NCBI GenBank assembly: GCA_964597925.1
Contig: CAZQZT010000001.1
Span: forward strand, 13,629-77,628
DNA: 64,000 bases
Direction: 5' to 3'
Source: an uncultured Candidatus Saccharibacteria bacterium
GTDB taxonomy: Bacteria > Patescibacteriota > Saccharimonadia > Saccharimonadales > JBBQAJ01
Below, piece by piece: positions 32,188 through 41,242 of the stretch. The notes beneath the pieces were generated by a model. It saw nothing but the letters and a program-made list of their open reading frames with translations. It was not told where the DNA came from and did not search any database. The stretch's first letter is position 1, and each line of letters opens with the position of its first letter. Position numbers and translations under genes: made by a program.

Positions 32188-32598
32188 TTAATAGGCTTTT
32201 TGTTGTAGGGGATGGCAATTGATATATAAATCTGACTTTTGATACTCGGCAATTTCTGTTTTTGATGCAAAGTTTTGTAACTTTGGCGTAGATGGATAGG
32301 TATACTTCTCGACGCAAGCATCGTACTTCCACTGATAGTAGTTCTGGCTAGCCCAGCCCCATATGCCTGCTGTTATTGGCAATATAACAAAAGGTATAAG
32401 TATGATAAATACTGCTATCCCGATTTGCTTTTTGCCTCTAGCGTCGCTTATTAAGAATTTTCTTAGTGTTTTGTAAGCTAGAAAAATCATCAGTGCCCAG
32501 AAAGCCAAATACACTATTAATCCTAATACAATGATTAGCGTTGCCTCAGGCGATAGGTTTTCAAATTCCCAATTAGAGCCAGCAAAAATTTTAAACAT
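32188..32598 (-). CDS. Small membrane protein (3 TM), unknown function
   Basis: 136 aa with three hydrophobic helices. Flanked by two copies of a 34-nt recombinase-derived repeat (32128-32161, 32646-32679; 30 of 34 identical). Confidence 0.5.
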   Translation of the reverse strand: MFKIFAGSNWEFENLSPEATLIIVLGLIVYLAFWALMIFLAYKTLRKFLISDARGKKQIGIAVFIILIPFVILPITAGIWGWASQNYYQWKYDACVEKYTYPSTPKLQNFASKTEIAEYQKSDLYINCHPLQQKAY

Positions 32599-32684
32599 TA
32601 GTATGATTGTATCAAAATGCCGACCGAATACCTTTCCACCTAGCTAACTCATCAAGCAGTACGTTCCAATTCGAATGAATCAGG

Positions 32685-32700
32685 GCTACCAAGCATAAGC
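32685..32700 (+). repeat. att-like repeat of the tRNA-fMet 3' end plus inverted junction core
   Basis: GCTACCAAG (32685-32693) equals the last nt of the tRNA plus flank (31671-31679). It overlaps AAGCATAAGC, the reverse complement of GCTTATGCTT from the tRNA-Lys junction. Confidence 0.45.
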
Positions 32701-32754
32701 AGTATGGCTCTCAGAAATGGGAGTCTTTTTTGTTCCCTTTGTTATGATTAGTAG

Positions 32755-33162
32755 ATGAAGAACGATAAATATTTCTTAACGGTCGCTATTGAAGAAGCTA
32801 AGAAAAGTAAATCCCCGCATAAATTTGGAGCGGTAGTTGTTAAAGATGGTGAAATTATTGCTCAAGACTGCAACCACGTACGTGAGATAAATGACCCCTC
32901 AGCCCATGCAGAAATTTCAACAATACGGAAAGCATCGAATATATTGGACAACTACAACATTGATGGATGTGTTCTATATGCAAGTCATGAGCCGTGCTTA
33001 ATGTGCTTTAGTTGTGCGGCTTGGGCAAACATCTCAAGAATTGTATATGCACATCCTGCGTCAGACAGTTCCGAAGATAGTTACGAATTTAAGGGCGTAA
33101 GCTTAAAAGAATTGGCTAAAAAACTAGTAAAGCCTATGGAAGTTGAATTGATACAGGTATAA
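32755..33162 (+). CDS. CMP/dCMP-type zinc deaminase (TadA or guanine-deaminase-like)
   Basis: HAE...PCLMC zinc motifs (SAHAEISTI, SHEPCLMCFSCAAW), 135 aa. TGTTATGAT ends 6 nt before the ATG. Confidence 0.75.
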   Translation: MKNDKYFLTVAIEEAKKSKSPHKFGAVVVKDGEIIAQDCNHVREINDPSAHAEISTIRKASNILDNYNIDGCVLYASHEPCLMCFSCAAWANISRIVYAHPASDSSEDSYEFKGVSLKELAKKLVKPMEVELIQV

Positions 33163-33187
33163 GTTCTAGTCTGCTGTGGTAGAGTAA

Positions 33188-33673
33188 CTTACTACTGATA
33201 CGCCTCCGCCATTAACGAATATTAAATTTAATCCAACTGCAGACGCATATATCAGCCAAGGCTCTATCACCAGCAATTACGGCAGAAACACTACCTTACG
33301 TATTCGTGATGATTCATCAACAGACTACCGCTCATACCTACAATTTAACTTAAGCGGCTTAACCGCAGCACCTAGGTCTGCAAAAATACGACTATACGTC
33401 ACGGACGCCAGTCCAAGCGGAGGAAATATATATCTGACTGGAAATAGTTGGACGGAAGAAGCAATAACTTGGAGTAATGCTCCGTTAGTTGGCGGAACAC
33501 CACTATCAAGCCTTCAGTCAGTTTCTATTGGTTCTTGGGTTGAGTTTGACCTCAAAAATTCAATTACGGGCAACGGCACCTTTAGCTATGCAATATTAAG
33601 TAGCAGTACTAATAGCGCATTGTTTATGAGTAGGGAAGGTCTTTACAAGCCTGAATTGGTCGTAGTTCCATAA
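33188..33673 (+). pseudogene. 5'-truncated DNRLRE (CBM96-like) domain fragment without a start codon
   Basis: Own translation of an open frame with no usable start: ...ADAYISQGSITSNYGRNTTLRIRDDSSTDYRSYLQFNLSGLTAAPRSAKIRLYVTDASPSGGNIYLTGNSWTEEAITWSNAP... Not in the ORF track. Confidence 0.5.
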
Positions 33674-33836
33674 AAACTAAATAATATACTTGATATTACA
33701 GCCTGTTAATACATATTGTTAGTCAGTTTTTTAAATAGTTATGTAGGTTGGGCTACCAAAAACAAAAACTATTGATACTAGTATTTGCTAGATAATAATC
33801 CTATACTTTAAAGCATAACTAAAAAGGTATAGCAAC

Positions 33837-34436
33837 ATGAAAAAACAACAGTCAGGATTTACAGCAGTTGAAATCATAATAGCAGTAGTGGTCATAGGTG
33901 TTCTGGGTATAGTCGGTTGGACAGTTATGGGTCGCAAAAGCACTGAAAGCAAAAATAATGATAAGCCCACTACTGTAATTACCGAAGAATCCGGTGCATG
34001 CTTTGGAGTATCCAAAACAACCGTCAAATCGTTACTAGGAGAACCGGCAAATAACCTGCAAGGTCCAAGTGACACGGGAATAGTAGATATCGGCAAGGGA
34101 GACAAGGCTCAGACATGTGTATATCCATTTGCAGCAGGGGCAACGGCTACCAATAGTTTCACCATAGACCTAGGAACATACGCCAATCAGGCCAATCTGG
34201 ATGCTTCACAAAAATACGTTATCAACGATGGCGGATCTGTAGCGGGGCTGGGCGACAGCGCTAGTTACACAGCCAAAGACGCAGCTATATCAAATAGCAG
34301 AGATTTTGTATTATCTGTTAGACAGGGCCTAAAAATATATACATTCGGTATTAGTCAGCCGACGAATGCGTTGACATACAATGACGCATCAGCACAGCAA
34401 GTACTCATACAAATAGCCCAAGCTGCAACTCTTTAG
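33837..34436 (+). CDS. Type IV pilin / pseudopilin (prepilin N-terminal methylation motif)
   Basis: MKKQQSGFTAVEIIIAVVVIGVLGIVGW: the G/FT-x-E cleavage-methylation site followed by a hydrophobic helix. Confidence 0.85.
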   Translation: MKKQQSGFTAVEIIIAVVVIGVLGIVGWTVMGRKSTESKNNDKPTTVITEESGACFGVSKTTVKSLLGEPANNLQGPSDTGIVDIGKGDKAQTCVYPFAAGATATNSFTIDLGTYANQANLDASQKYVINDGGSVAGLGDSASYTAKDAAISNSRDFVLSVRQGLKIYTFGISQPTNALTYNDASAQQVLIQIAQAATL

Positions 34437-34531
34437 TATTGCTTATCCGCTTCTACTCGTTTATTTCGTTCTTCAAGAAGTTTGATCCTCTTGTTTAAAT
34501 CATCGTTCATTACCTAATGATACAATTTGTT

Positions 34532-34981
34532 CTAGCCTTGACGATGAAAGATAAAGTCCATCCATTCCGAGAAGTTTTTTTGGTAACTCGGCCTATCATC
34601 AGGTAGTGAAGTTTGGGGTTTTACCGTGGTTTCTGGAATTTCTTTGGCATAGACTAGGGCGATGCTTTTGGGAACTAGAAGTAGTGTTTCTCCGGGTGCA
34701 CCCTTCCCCAGCTGCTTTCGTGCGGTCAGCTCTAGAAATGTGTCGCTCTTGTAGTATTCGTTCCGTAAGCTTAGGTTACTGTTCGTAAGCTCCTGGAGTT
34801 TATTTTGCTGATCTAATTGAGCAATCTGTTTTTGTAGCTCATAGTTGGTTTCTATAACGGCCACGCCACTCCAGGTAGCCAGTATAACCATAACGCCAAA
34901 CACTACGAACCCCAGAACGCGAACATCACGCAGATTGTGCCAGGCTGGGTTTTTTGATAGCGTTTTGATTTTATTGAACAT
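34532..34981 (-). CDS. Septum formation initiator FtsB/DivIC family protein
   Basis: N-terminal TM, then coiled coil YELQKQIAQLDQQNKLQELTNSNLSLRNEYYKSDTFLELTARKQLG. Confidence 0.75.
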   Translation of the reverse strand: MFNKIKTLSKNPAWHNLRDVRVLGFVVFGVMVILATWSGVAVIETNYELQKQIAQLDQQNKLQELTNSNLSLRNEYYKSDTFLELTARKQLGKGAPGETLLLVPKSIALVYAKEIPETTVKPQTSLPDDRPSYQKNFSEWMDFIFHRQG

Positions 34982-35147
34982 TTACAAATCTATTATAGCA
35001 AGTCAGCACAAGTATGGTGGCAGTGTGGAAATATAGCGCCTGCGCTCATACAGTTCGGTTCTAGCCAGAACCAAAAAAATAAGAATCCCGCCTTGCGATG
35101 AGACTTTGATTTTGGTGGACTTGGATGGAACGTTTTGAAATCAAGTA

Positions 35148-35223
35148 TGGTGGGGGTGGTAGGAATCGAACCTACTACCAAGTGGTTATGAGCCGCCTGC
35201 TCTAACCGATGAGCTACACCCCC
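35148..35223 (-). tRNA. tRNA with CAU anticodon (Ile2-like or elongator Met), CCA encoded
   Basis: The reverse complement reads GGGGGTG / GCTC-ATCGGTTA-GAGC / GGCGG-CTCATAA-CCACT / TGGTA / GTAGG-TTCGATT-CCTAC / CACCCCC-A-CCA. The anticodon arm resembles E. coli tRNA-Ile2 as I recall it. ORF 34993..35274 is an artefact over it. Confidence 0.85.
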
Positions 35224-35293
35224 GTCGTTGAAACCTACAACACTGCCTTGTTTTGGCTTAGCTGCAGTTAGCAAGCTAACAGATGTGAGTATA

Positions 35294-35806
35294 TCAGATT
35301 AGCGACAACATGACAGTAGCCATGACAAACATTAGGAGATCTTCCACAAAACTAATTTTAGATAGCGGCAGACGAATCACAGTACCCAAGCAAGCACACA
35401 TGATATCTGACCTGCTACGCAGCTCTTTAATGACGCCTACACTAGCAACACCTGTAACTAATACAGTAACGACGTGTAAACCCACTGTTTCTGAAATCAA
35501 CAGATAGGCGAAGCCTAAGCCCAGTTCAACAAAAGGAAATATGTATCCCCAAACTGGGAACTTTTTTGTAATGATGTCATAGCCCTTGTACGTAATTGCA
35601 AAAGTTTGGAGATTTACCAATTTAAAAACCGCAAAGGTTATAAAAAATAGACCCATAAAATCACTCATGAACTGGTTGAGACCCCAGCCACTCCACAGAG
35701 TCAATGCCGTACTTGCGACTATAATTGTACTGATTACTAAACCGAATTTTAGATACTCACGGGCTGATTCCTGCGGACGTATGTGCGAGCTGTGGTCATG
35801 TTGCAT
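35294..35806 (-). CDS. MauE/DoxX-like membrane protein
   Basis: 170 aa, 4-5 TM, with a CACLG motif resembling the CxCFG of MauE-type proteins. Weak assignment. Confidence 0.4.
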   Translation of the reverse strand: MQHDHSSHIRPQESAREYLKFGLVISTIIVASTALTLWSGWGLNQFMSDFMGLFFITFAVFKLVNLQTFAITYKGYDIITKKFPVWGYIFPFVELGLGFAYLLISETVGLHVVTVLVTGVASVGVIKELRSRSDIMCACLGTVIRLPLSKISFVEDLLMFVMATVMLSLI

Positions 35807-35815
35807 GCAACTATT

Positions 35816-36805
35816 CTACAACTCTGCAAGAAAATAAAGCAATTTATCGGTGCTATCGGCAGACATAAGTTTTTCTCGGAGTTTTACTGCGCCGTCGAAG
35901 CCCTGAATGTAGATTTTGCAGAATTTATTTAGGGTTATTACTTTTCGTTCGTTGTTTTGCCAAGTCTTTTCGAACAACTCAACGTGCTGGCGATATAGGT
36001 CAGTCTTTTGCTCTGGAGTGTAGTCTGCCCATGGCGAGTCCTTGGCAAACACAAATGGGTCATCAAACACACCTCTGCCAATCATGATTCCATCCAATGA
36101 ATACTGAGCGGCTAGTTTTAAGCCATGATCATGAGTAGCGACATCACCGTTGCCAATTATTTTAGTAGTCGGAGAGAGCTTATCTCTCAGCTCTCTAATT
36201 TCACCTATTTTATTCCAGTCGGCTGGGACTTTGCTCATTTGAGATTTGGTTCGACCATGAATAGTTAACGCACTAAGATTTTGCTGTAGCAAAAGTTCAT
36301 GCCAAGTCAGGTCTACCGTACTATAGCCTAGACGGGTTTTTACAGAAACGGGGAGGGAGGGAGCGCCTTCTTTGCAGGCCTGAATCATTGCTACTGCCCT
36401 GCCCCTGTTTTCTGGCAATATAAGTGCCGAACACGTGCCGTTTTGAACTTCAGATTTGGCCGGACAGCCCATGTTTAGATCGATACCTGCAAAGTTTATG
36501 CCCTCAGGTAAGCCAAGTTCTTTTGCCAAAGACCCGTCAGCAATTTGCCGCGCCACGTCATAGAAACTTTCTGGATTTTTACCCCACACCTGAGCTATGA
36601 GTGGTCTCTCTATATCTGTAAATACCAGTTTGGGCAAAGTTTTTGGCCTGCCGGCACTTTGCAGTGCCTCTACATTTACAAACTCAGTAAAAAACAGGTC
36701 TGGTGCAGCCGTACTGGCAATAATCTGTCTAAACACAGTGTCAGTAACGTCATCCATAGGCGCCAATACAAAAAAAGGCTCCGGTAACTTATCCCAAATA
36801 TTCAT
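35816..36805 (-). CDS. dus: tRNA-dihydrouridine synthase
   Basis: FFVLAPMDDVTDTVFRQI, NMGCP, HGRT; a Dus family TIM barrel. Confidence 0.9.
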   Translation of the reverse strand: MNIWDKLPEPFFVLAPMDDVTDTVFRQIIASTAAPDLFFTEFVNVEALQSAGRPKTLPKLVFTDIERPLIAQVWGKNPESFYDVARQIADGSLAKELGLPEGINFAGIDLNMGCPAKSEVQNGTCSALILPENRGRAVAMIQACKEGAPSLPVSVKTRLGYSTVDLTWHELLLQQNLSALTIHGRTKSQMSKVPADWNKIGEIRELRDKLSPTTKIIGNGDVATHDHGLKLAAQYSLDGIMIGRGVFDDPFVFAKDSPWADYTPEQKTDLYRQHVELFEKTWQNNERKVITLNKFCKIYIQGFDGAVKLREKLMSADSTDKLLYFLAEL

Positions 36806-36833
36806 CTAGACTATTCTACACCATTTGACAGTC

Positions 36834-37532
36834 TTAAATTTTGCCTAGACCGTCATGTGCAATCGCTGCAAGATTTTTTGGTGAATGTTTGGTAATTTCT
36901 TCTAATCTTGGCCTCCAAAATAAAAATCTTTTTTTTGTGTCTTCTTGGGCAAGTCCTAGTTTACGCTTTACTTGTCCAACTCTCCAGCTTGACTCGCCCA
37001 TTTCAAGATGAGCAACTATGCCTGGGTTATCTTCTGTATATTTAACTTTCTGTGGGTCATAACCAACAGTTTCAACTTTTCCAGTGGATCTTAAGGTAGC
37101 CAGATCAAAAAATCGCATAAATTTCAAAAGTCCAATCCTGCCTATATCGTTTCTTAAATCAGGCTCTGCAAGCGATAGCTCTGGGTTTATGTCTGCTAAT
37201 TGAACTCTTAATTCCTCTAGTTCCCTGCCAGTTTGCTGTGCTTCCAAAGCCCAGTCTACGTAGAGTCTCGTGATTTTTCGTGCAGCCCTTTCTGGGTCGG
37301 TACTATTTGCAGTATTTTGACCCCGACGAACTTCTGCCAAGTGACGCGACACACCCCAGGATTTGCCAATTACATCAAGTAGTCCAATAACTTCTACCTG
37401 TTCTGGTTTTGAGACAGGCAGAAAGCCTTGTGGATCTAACCCCAGTACTTCAAGACGCTGAAATCTATCTAGTTCAGGAATCTTATGCTCATAAAATGGT
37501 AAAGTTGGCTCGTGCATGCCTTTAGTTGACAT
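36834..37532 (-). CDS. Hypothetical protein
   Basis: ORF 36834..37637. The internal Met (MSTKGMHEP, 37532) is preferred because it removes the 95-nt overlap with the upstream ORF. No recognisable domain. Confidence 0.45.
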   Translation of the reverse strand: MSTKGMHEPTLPFYEHKIPELDRFQRLEVLGLDPQGFLPVSKPEQVEVIGLLDVIGKSWGVSRHLAEVRRGQNTANSTDPERAARKITRLYVDWALEAQQTGRELEELRVQLADINPELSLAEPDLRNDIGRIGLLKFMRFFDLATLRSTGKVETVGYDPQKVKYTEDNPGIVAHLEMGESSWRVGQVKRKLGLAQEDTKKRFLFWRPRLEEITKHSPKNLAAIAHDGLGKI

Positions 37533-37542
37533 AAAAACTAGC

Positions 37543-37917
37543 TTAGATATTACCGGTTCTATATTGGTGGACAGCTGTTTTGCGTGTGTTTGGTGGTCTA
37601 GGAGTTGCTGGGGGTAGATTGGCACGCGTAGCATCAATTATTCCTCGTACATCTTTGGGAATTTCAGGTACTGTAGAACCCACTACAAACAAACCAACCC
37701 CTGCTGTAGGTTTATTTTTGTCTTCTTCAGTTTCAGCGTATGGCGCATCATCTGGTGATAGCTTATCGCGGTTTCGAAAAGGCTCAAAACGGGCTGCATT
37801 GGGGTCATTTGGATCAATGTCATGTAATCCAACAGGATCTGGTGGCAATATTTCACCATCTACTTCTTCATGTGTTTTTTGTCCTGCGGGAGTAATCATG
37901 TAGGTATTATACCACAC
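37543..37917 (-). CDS. Hypothetical acidic/Pro-rich protein
   Basis: 124-aa ORF, no recognisable domain. Co-directional and near-contiguous with its neighbours. Confidence 0.4.
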   Translation of the reverse strand: MWYNTYMITPAGQKTHEEVDGEILPPDPVGLHDIDPNDPNAARFEPFRNRDKLSPDDAPYAETEEDKNKPTAGVGLFVVGSTVPEIPKDVRGIIDATRANLPPATPRPPNTRKTAVHQYRTGNI

Positions 37918-37920
37918 TTG

Positions 37921-38562
37921 TTAAGATTTGACAATATCTGTAGCTGGTTTGTGGTTTTTTAGCTTTTTGCTATAGATGTAGGCTAGTGAAACTATAAGAG
38001 TTAGGGCATAAAAATACCAGACTGTGAGGTACCAGCCTGACCTTAGCTGACTACCTAGTTTTAGTGAATGCAAAACTATTAGTAAAATTGCCAGGTCGCT
38101 GGCGTATTGGACAAATTTCCACCATGACTTTTGGTCAAATATTCGCCGAAGTTCATATGCCAAAAACACCGTAAGGCTAACCATACCTATAACTATGCTG
38201 GCTTTCATATTTGGCCCAAGATAGTTGAGCTCACTGGCTGGCGGTAAACCTAAACCATCTCGCCATAACTGCCAAGCTAGCAGTGCAGGATGTAGCAAAA
38301 CTGCCACCAGCACAGCCAAGCTAGTAACCTCAAAGTAAGACTTCAATACTGCCTTTTCTATACCAAAATGTAACCGTAGTGCAGCCATAACGTAATGCAC
38401 CCACATTAGGCTAAATGCCAGCAGCCCGAACAGAGGGAAAAGCTGATATGTGCTGATTCCACTAAGCTGCCAACTATTTCCCTGCCCCCATGCCAGCACC
38501 GCCAAAACAACTGCCCCAACACTCACTCCCCACGCCACCATTTGCAGTTGCTTATCTTTCAT
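37921..38562 (-). CDS. Integral membrane protein (6 TM; possibly ferric-reductase/YedZ-like)
   Basis: 213 aa with conserved-looking His residues in TM helices (WVHYV, LLHPALL, VLHSLKLG). Assignment is speculative. Confidence 0.4.
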   Translation of the reverse strand: MKDKQLQMVAWGVSVGAVVLAVLAWGQGNSWQLSGISTYQLFPLFGLLAFSLMWVHYVMAALRLHFGIEKAVLKSYFEVTSLAVLVAVLLHPALLAWQLWRDGLGLPPASELNYLGPNMKASIVIGMVSLTVFLAYELRRIFDQKSWWKFVQYASDLAILLIVLHSLKLGSQLRSGWYLTVWYFYALTLIVSLAYIYSKKLKNHKPATDIVKS

Positions 38563-38693
38563 CCTAACATCATACCAAATTACTCACCCGAACAAGCGGA
38601 TCGTTTTCACCCTAGCCACTTTTGCCAAGGGCAGTATGTAATATTCCATGCTTGTCCATACGGACCGGGGGCTCGGGTGAAAATGATGAGCGC

Positions 38694-39800
38694 CTACTCC
38701 CATCGGAAAACGCGGAAAGCTATAATGTAGATTACTACTGTCCAGACGCCAATTATAGCTAATTGCGGACCGAGTTCAAATATAGTCTTACCCTCCGTTA
38801 CAACCAGTCTTATACCCTCAACAACTGGCGTGAGAGGTATGTATCTAGAAACCGCCTGCAACCACACTGGCATAAGAAACGTAGGAAAAAATACCCCGCT
38901 TAGAAATAACATAGGCAGGGTCACTAGCTGTGCTAGCGGAGCAGCTTGATTTTCGTTTTTTGCCCAACCACCCAGCGCCAGTCCTATTCCAAACAACATG
39001 GTAACGCCGGCTACTACTATGGCAATAAGGCTTATGTAGTCTCCTTTCATGTTAAGATTAAATACAACTACAGCAAATACAAACATCAGTCCGGCTGCTA
39101 GGATACCCGTGATACCGTTTGAGATAACATTTCCCGTAAAGTACTGCCACACTTTTAGTGTCGTGGTGTGATAGCGACGCAATACCCCCCGCTGTTTTAG
39201 CCTTGGGAACACTGTAGTTGGTCCAAATATGCCCAGTGAAAGTAGCGTAAAGCCCATAAGGCCAGCAAAAGTGTAGTCAAACCTGGTTGAACCTTTGGTG
39301 TCGGTAGTCTCGGTTTTTACCGTAAATGGCGTGTCGGCTTTTACTAAATCTGCATTTATACCTTTGAAAACGCCTTCCATAACTGTGCTAAGCGTTTGAC
39401 CGGCCGATTCGTTGTTTTTATTGTAAACAATCTGTAGCTCGCCCGAGGGATATTGGCTGTTTTGAACCTGCCCAAAATCTTCTGGCAATATGATAGTGGC
39501 ATCTAGCTGACTACGACTCATTTTTTCGTTAGCTTGTTCTCTGGTTTTTATGCCTTCGTCGATTTTAATAACTGTGCTTTTTTGCAAATCGTCTACGAAT
39601 TTCTTTGAAAAATCGCCACTTGAGTTGTTTATTAGTGCGACTTTGAAGGAAACCTGATTGTCGCTACTAAAAATTGAACCAAAAATAATCAAGAAGATTA
39701 TAGGAAAAAGAAAAACAAAGAAGATAGCAGTTTTGTCACGAAAAAGGCGCCGTACATCTATGCGTACAAATGTTGTTATGGGTAAAAGTGCCTTGCGCAT
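38694..39800 (-). CDS. ABC-2 type transporter permease
   Basis: 368 aa with an N-terminal TM, a large extracytoplasmic loop and 5 C-terminal TM helices. Immediately downstream of the ATPase gene. Confidence 0.8.
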   Translation of the reverse strand: MRKALLPITTFVRIDVRRLFRDKTAIFFVFLFPIIFLIIFGSIFSSDNQVSFKVALINNSSGDFSKKFVDDLQKSTVIKIDEGIKTREQANEKMSRSQLDATIILPEDFGQVQNSQYPSGELQIVYNKNNESAGQTLSTVMEGVFKGINADLVKADTPFTVKTETTDTKGSTRFDYTFAGLMGFTLLSLGIFGPTTVFPRLKQRGVLRRYHTTTLKVWQYFTGNVISNGITGILAAGLMFVFAVVVFNLNMKGDYISLIAIVVAGVTMLFGIGLALGGWAKNENQAAPLAQLVTLPMLFLSGVFFPTFLMPVWLQAVSRYIPLTPVVEGIRLVVTEGKTIFELGPQLAIIGVWTVVIYIIAFRVFRWE

Positions 39801-39801
39801 A

Positions 39802-40560
39802 CTACTCCCTAAGCGCCTTTCCCGTCATGTCTATAAATACATCTTCCAGATTTGCCTGTTGAACGGTTGCGGATTTTTTGAATCCTTTTTTTAGTAGCGC
39901 ATTTACTAAGTTTTTAGGAGTATCTAGGGCGATAATCCTACCGTTATCCATTACAGCTACTCTGTCACACAGAAGTTCTGCTTCATCCATATAGTGTGTG
40001 GTCATAATAACCGTAACCCCGCGGTCTTTGACTTGTTTTATAAGTTCCCATAAATTACGACGGGCTTGTGGGTCTAGCCCAGTTGTTGGTTCATCTAGAA
40101 AGAACACCTTTGGTCCATGTACAAGTGCCGCAGCTATACTAAACCGTTGGCATTGCCCTCCAGAAAGCTGTTCTACGTAGCTGTTTGCTTTGTCTTCTAA
40201 CTGAAGGTCTTTGAGAAATTTCCTAGGATCGACTTTTTCACCGTAAGTAGATGCAAAAAACTCTATGAGTTCTGTTAGCTTGGTTTTTTCTTCAAACGAT
40301 GGAGTCTGCGGCTGAACACCAATTAGTGATTTGATTTGGTCTGGGTTTTTAGTGATGTCTATGCCGTCTAGTGTGGCGCTACCGCCGTCAATAGGACGTA
40401 ATGTCTCAAGCATCTCAAGAGTTGTGGTTTTTCCCGCACCATTTGGTCCCAAGATACCAAAAATCTCACCTTTATTTACTTCGAAGCTAATACCTTTTAC
40501 CACAGTTTTTTTGCCGTACATTTTAGTAAGTCTAGAAACTGAAACAATCACTTCTGCCAT
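39802..40560 (-). CDS. ABC transporter ATP-binding protein
   Basis: Walker A GPNGAGKTT, signature LSGGQCQR, Walker B VFFLDEPT. Confidence 0.95.
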   Translation of the reverse strand: MAEVIVSVSRLTKMYGKKTVVKGISFEVNKGEIFGILGPNGAGKTTTLEMLETLRPIDGGSATLDGIDITKNPDQIKSLIGVQPQTPSFEEKTKLTELIEFFASTYGEKVDPRKFLKDLQLEDKANSYVEQLSGGQCQRFSIAAALVHGPKVFFLDEPTTGLDPQARRNLWELIKQVKDRGVTVIMTTHYMDEAELLCDRVAVMDNGRIIALDTPKNLVNALLKKGFKKSATVQQANLEDVFIDMTGKALRE

Positions 40561-40623
40561 ATAACCCTATTTTATCATGCCAATAGTTAACACGTTAAGC
40601 AAAATTTCTTTTACGATTTTTAC

Positions 40624-40652
40624 ACAATAAAAATCCGGATTTACTCCGGATT
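40624..40652 (-). terminator. Rho-independent terminator of the 40729..40926 gene
   Basis: Minus strand AATCCGGA-gtaaa-TCCGGATT then TTTATT. Confidence 0.6.
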
Positions 40653-40728
40653 CTTTGTTTCCTTGTTTAGGAAGAGTAGTCTGCTGCGACTATACGATGA
40701 GAGACCCGCATGGGGTCTCTCATTATGA

Positions 40729-40926
40729 TTACTTGCGCTTTACGGTCAAAAAGCCGTTGCGTGGGTTTTCATTGACCATCATACCTTCTGGTACTGCGTC
40801 AATTGCTTCTGCTCGCTGATCTTTGCTGAAGTAGTAAATTCGCTGTTCTTTGCCGCCGCGTAAAACGACTAGCTTTGAGTTCAAGAAGTATGTTACTCCT
40901 TTAGAGTTTGTGTGCTTGTAAGCCAT
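40729..40926 (-). CDS. Small conserved-looking hypothetical protein (65 aa)
   Basis: MAYKHTNSKGVTYFLNSKLVVLRGGKEQRIYYFSKD... No domain I can name. Confidence 0.5.
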   Translation of the reverse strand: MAYKHTNSKGVTYFLNSKLVVLRGGKEQRIYYFSKDQRAEAIDAVPEGMMVNENPRNGFLTVKRK

Positions 40927-41242
40927 TGTGTAGCTCTCCCTCTCTTACGTTACTGTTGGTACTAATTACCATACGCCCTCTAGTTTTTACTTGTCAACCC
41001 CGTTGACTACTTTTTCGACTCTTAACAGGGGCAAGTAAATAAACTTACAGAGTAAAACACAACAAAAAGCACAGATCACAAACTAGTAAATCATTTCAGA
41101 TGAGATTTATCTCAAATACTATGTTGGATTGTGCGGATCTAACATTTCCACAAACTTTCATTAGACAAGTCTTGCATGATAAACCGCTTATGCAGTACAC
41201 TGGCTTAGTATTACGAAATCTAAATAAAGGTGGTTTACTTCA

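Noticed and set aside
31635-32321. Treating ORF 31635..32321 as an intact 228-aa gene.
   Set aside because: Its C-terminus (VAGAGLEPATLWL) is read-through into the tRNA and terminator. Its N-terminal 45 aa overlap the neighbouring membrane-protein gene. Only the middle part is recombinase-like, so it is called a remnant.
35040-35147. A CCACCA motif about 30 nt downstream of the minus-strand CAU tRNA, considered as an att duplication.
   Set aside because: Only 6 nt are shared with the tRNA end, which is well within chance expectation, and no mobile-element remnants are adjacent.
34993-35274. Minus-strand ORF of 93 aa.
   Set aside because: It runs straight across the CAU tRNA gene (35148-35223) and is an artefact.
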